Part shown: piece after piece, positions 63,238 through 64,000 of the stretch | How positions within the stretch are numbered: the stretch's first letter is position 1 | How the letters are laid out: each line of letters starts with the position of its first letter | NCBI GenBank assembly: GCA_965153455.1 | Contig: OZ234493.1 | Coordinates: forward strand, 17,164,213-17,228,212 | Direction: 5' to 3' | Length of the DNA: 64,000 bases | Source of the DNA: Sphagnum compactum | Taxonomy: Eukaryota | Position numbers and translations under genes: made by a program | The notes under the pieces: generated by a model | What the model saw: only the letters and a program-made list of their open reading frames with translations | What the model was told of the DNA's origin: nothing | The model's database searches: none

Positions 63238-64000
63238 TATACGAGCAAACGTGGTGGTGTCTGTTTGTCTGTGTGTTCGTCACAGACATTCGCGAATTGC
63301 GGCCATGGCAGTGGGATGAAAGAGCTCTACGTACGTCCGTCTTCCTTTCTTTCTTTCTTAGTTTCTGACTGTCTGTTCGTCCGTCTGTTAGTCTTTCCGT
63401 CCATCTGTCCTTCTTTCCATCATTAACCTCCCTATCATCCCTTGCCCCATTTTCCGTTTCGCTTATTTATATATTTTTAGTTTTTTTTTCGGGCGGCCAC
63501 GTGATTGGCCTACTCAGTATGTGTAGTAATGTACATACCTCTGCCTACACGCAGCTCCTTGATTTTTTTTATTGCCAGATTTTTTTGCCAATTCGCACCT
63601 GAAATATATGATTTCTAATTTCAACCTGTTTGAAGGATTTTCCGTGGGAAATAAATGGTCCCAAATTGGCTAGACTTTGTGGGAAAAAAAAAGGTTTATG
63701 AAACACCAGACTTTTATGGTAAGTTCTATTCGGTAGCCAATACTACGGAAGGACCCCCTTTTCCTTCTTTTTTAAAAATAAAAACTTTCGTAGTTGGTGA
63801 TGTTAGCGAATTTGGCCCCTTTTTCAGTTCCTCTTTCTTCTTTTTGGGGATGATGGTCACTTTGGTGACATCACAAAATTGACCATTGAAGACACACACA
63901 AAAAAAAACAAGGAAAGAAAAAAGGAAAAAAAACCACTGCTACTAATGCTACTTAACTGGTGCGTACACTCGCAATGTTGTTACACACACACACATACAT

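Overview
Eukaryotic, AT-rich, repeat-dense plant nuclear DNA. The PLS-class PPR style, TTTAGGG motifs, hydrolase-NLR-type domain and microbial-type terpene synthase-like exon point to a bryophyte, plausibly Sphagnum (inference). No clearly intact host gene is present. The window holds decayed genes (long coiled-coil pseudogene, three PPR remnants, terpene synthase-like exon, RING fragment, alpha/beta-hydrolase fragment) among MITEs, LTR remnants, CACTA elements and Helitron-like repeats. Two systems stand out. (1) At 54727-59499 (-) is an intronless, GC/CpG-rich single reading frame of about 1590 codons, broken only by four TAG codons. It encodes C2H2 fingers, a DUF3505-like Zn region, a cryptic tyrosine-recombinase-like domain, a RecQ helicase and Zn knuckles, resembling fungal telomere-linked helicases; it is a candidate YR-helicase mobile element. 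(2) A CACTA transposon (33442 to about 40987) carries an intact SET/PR-domain gene between its TnpA-like gene and its transposase, apparently sharing exon 1 with the transposase through alternative splice acceptors. All calls come from reading the sequence by eye; no database searches were run.
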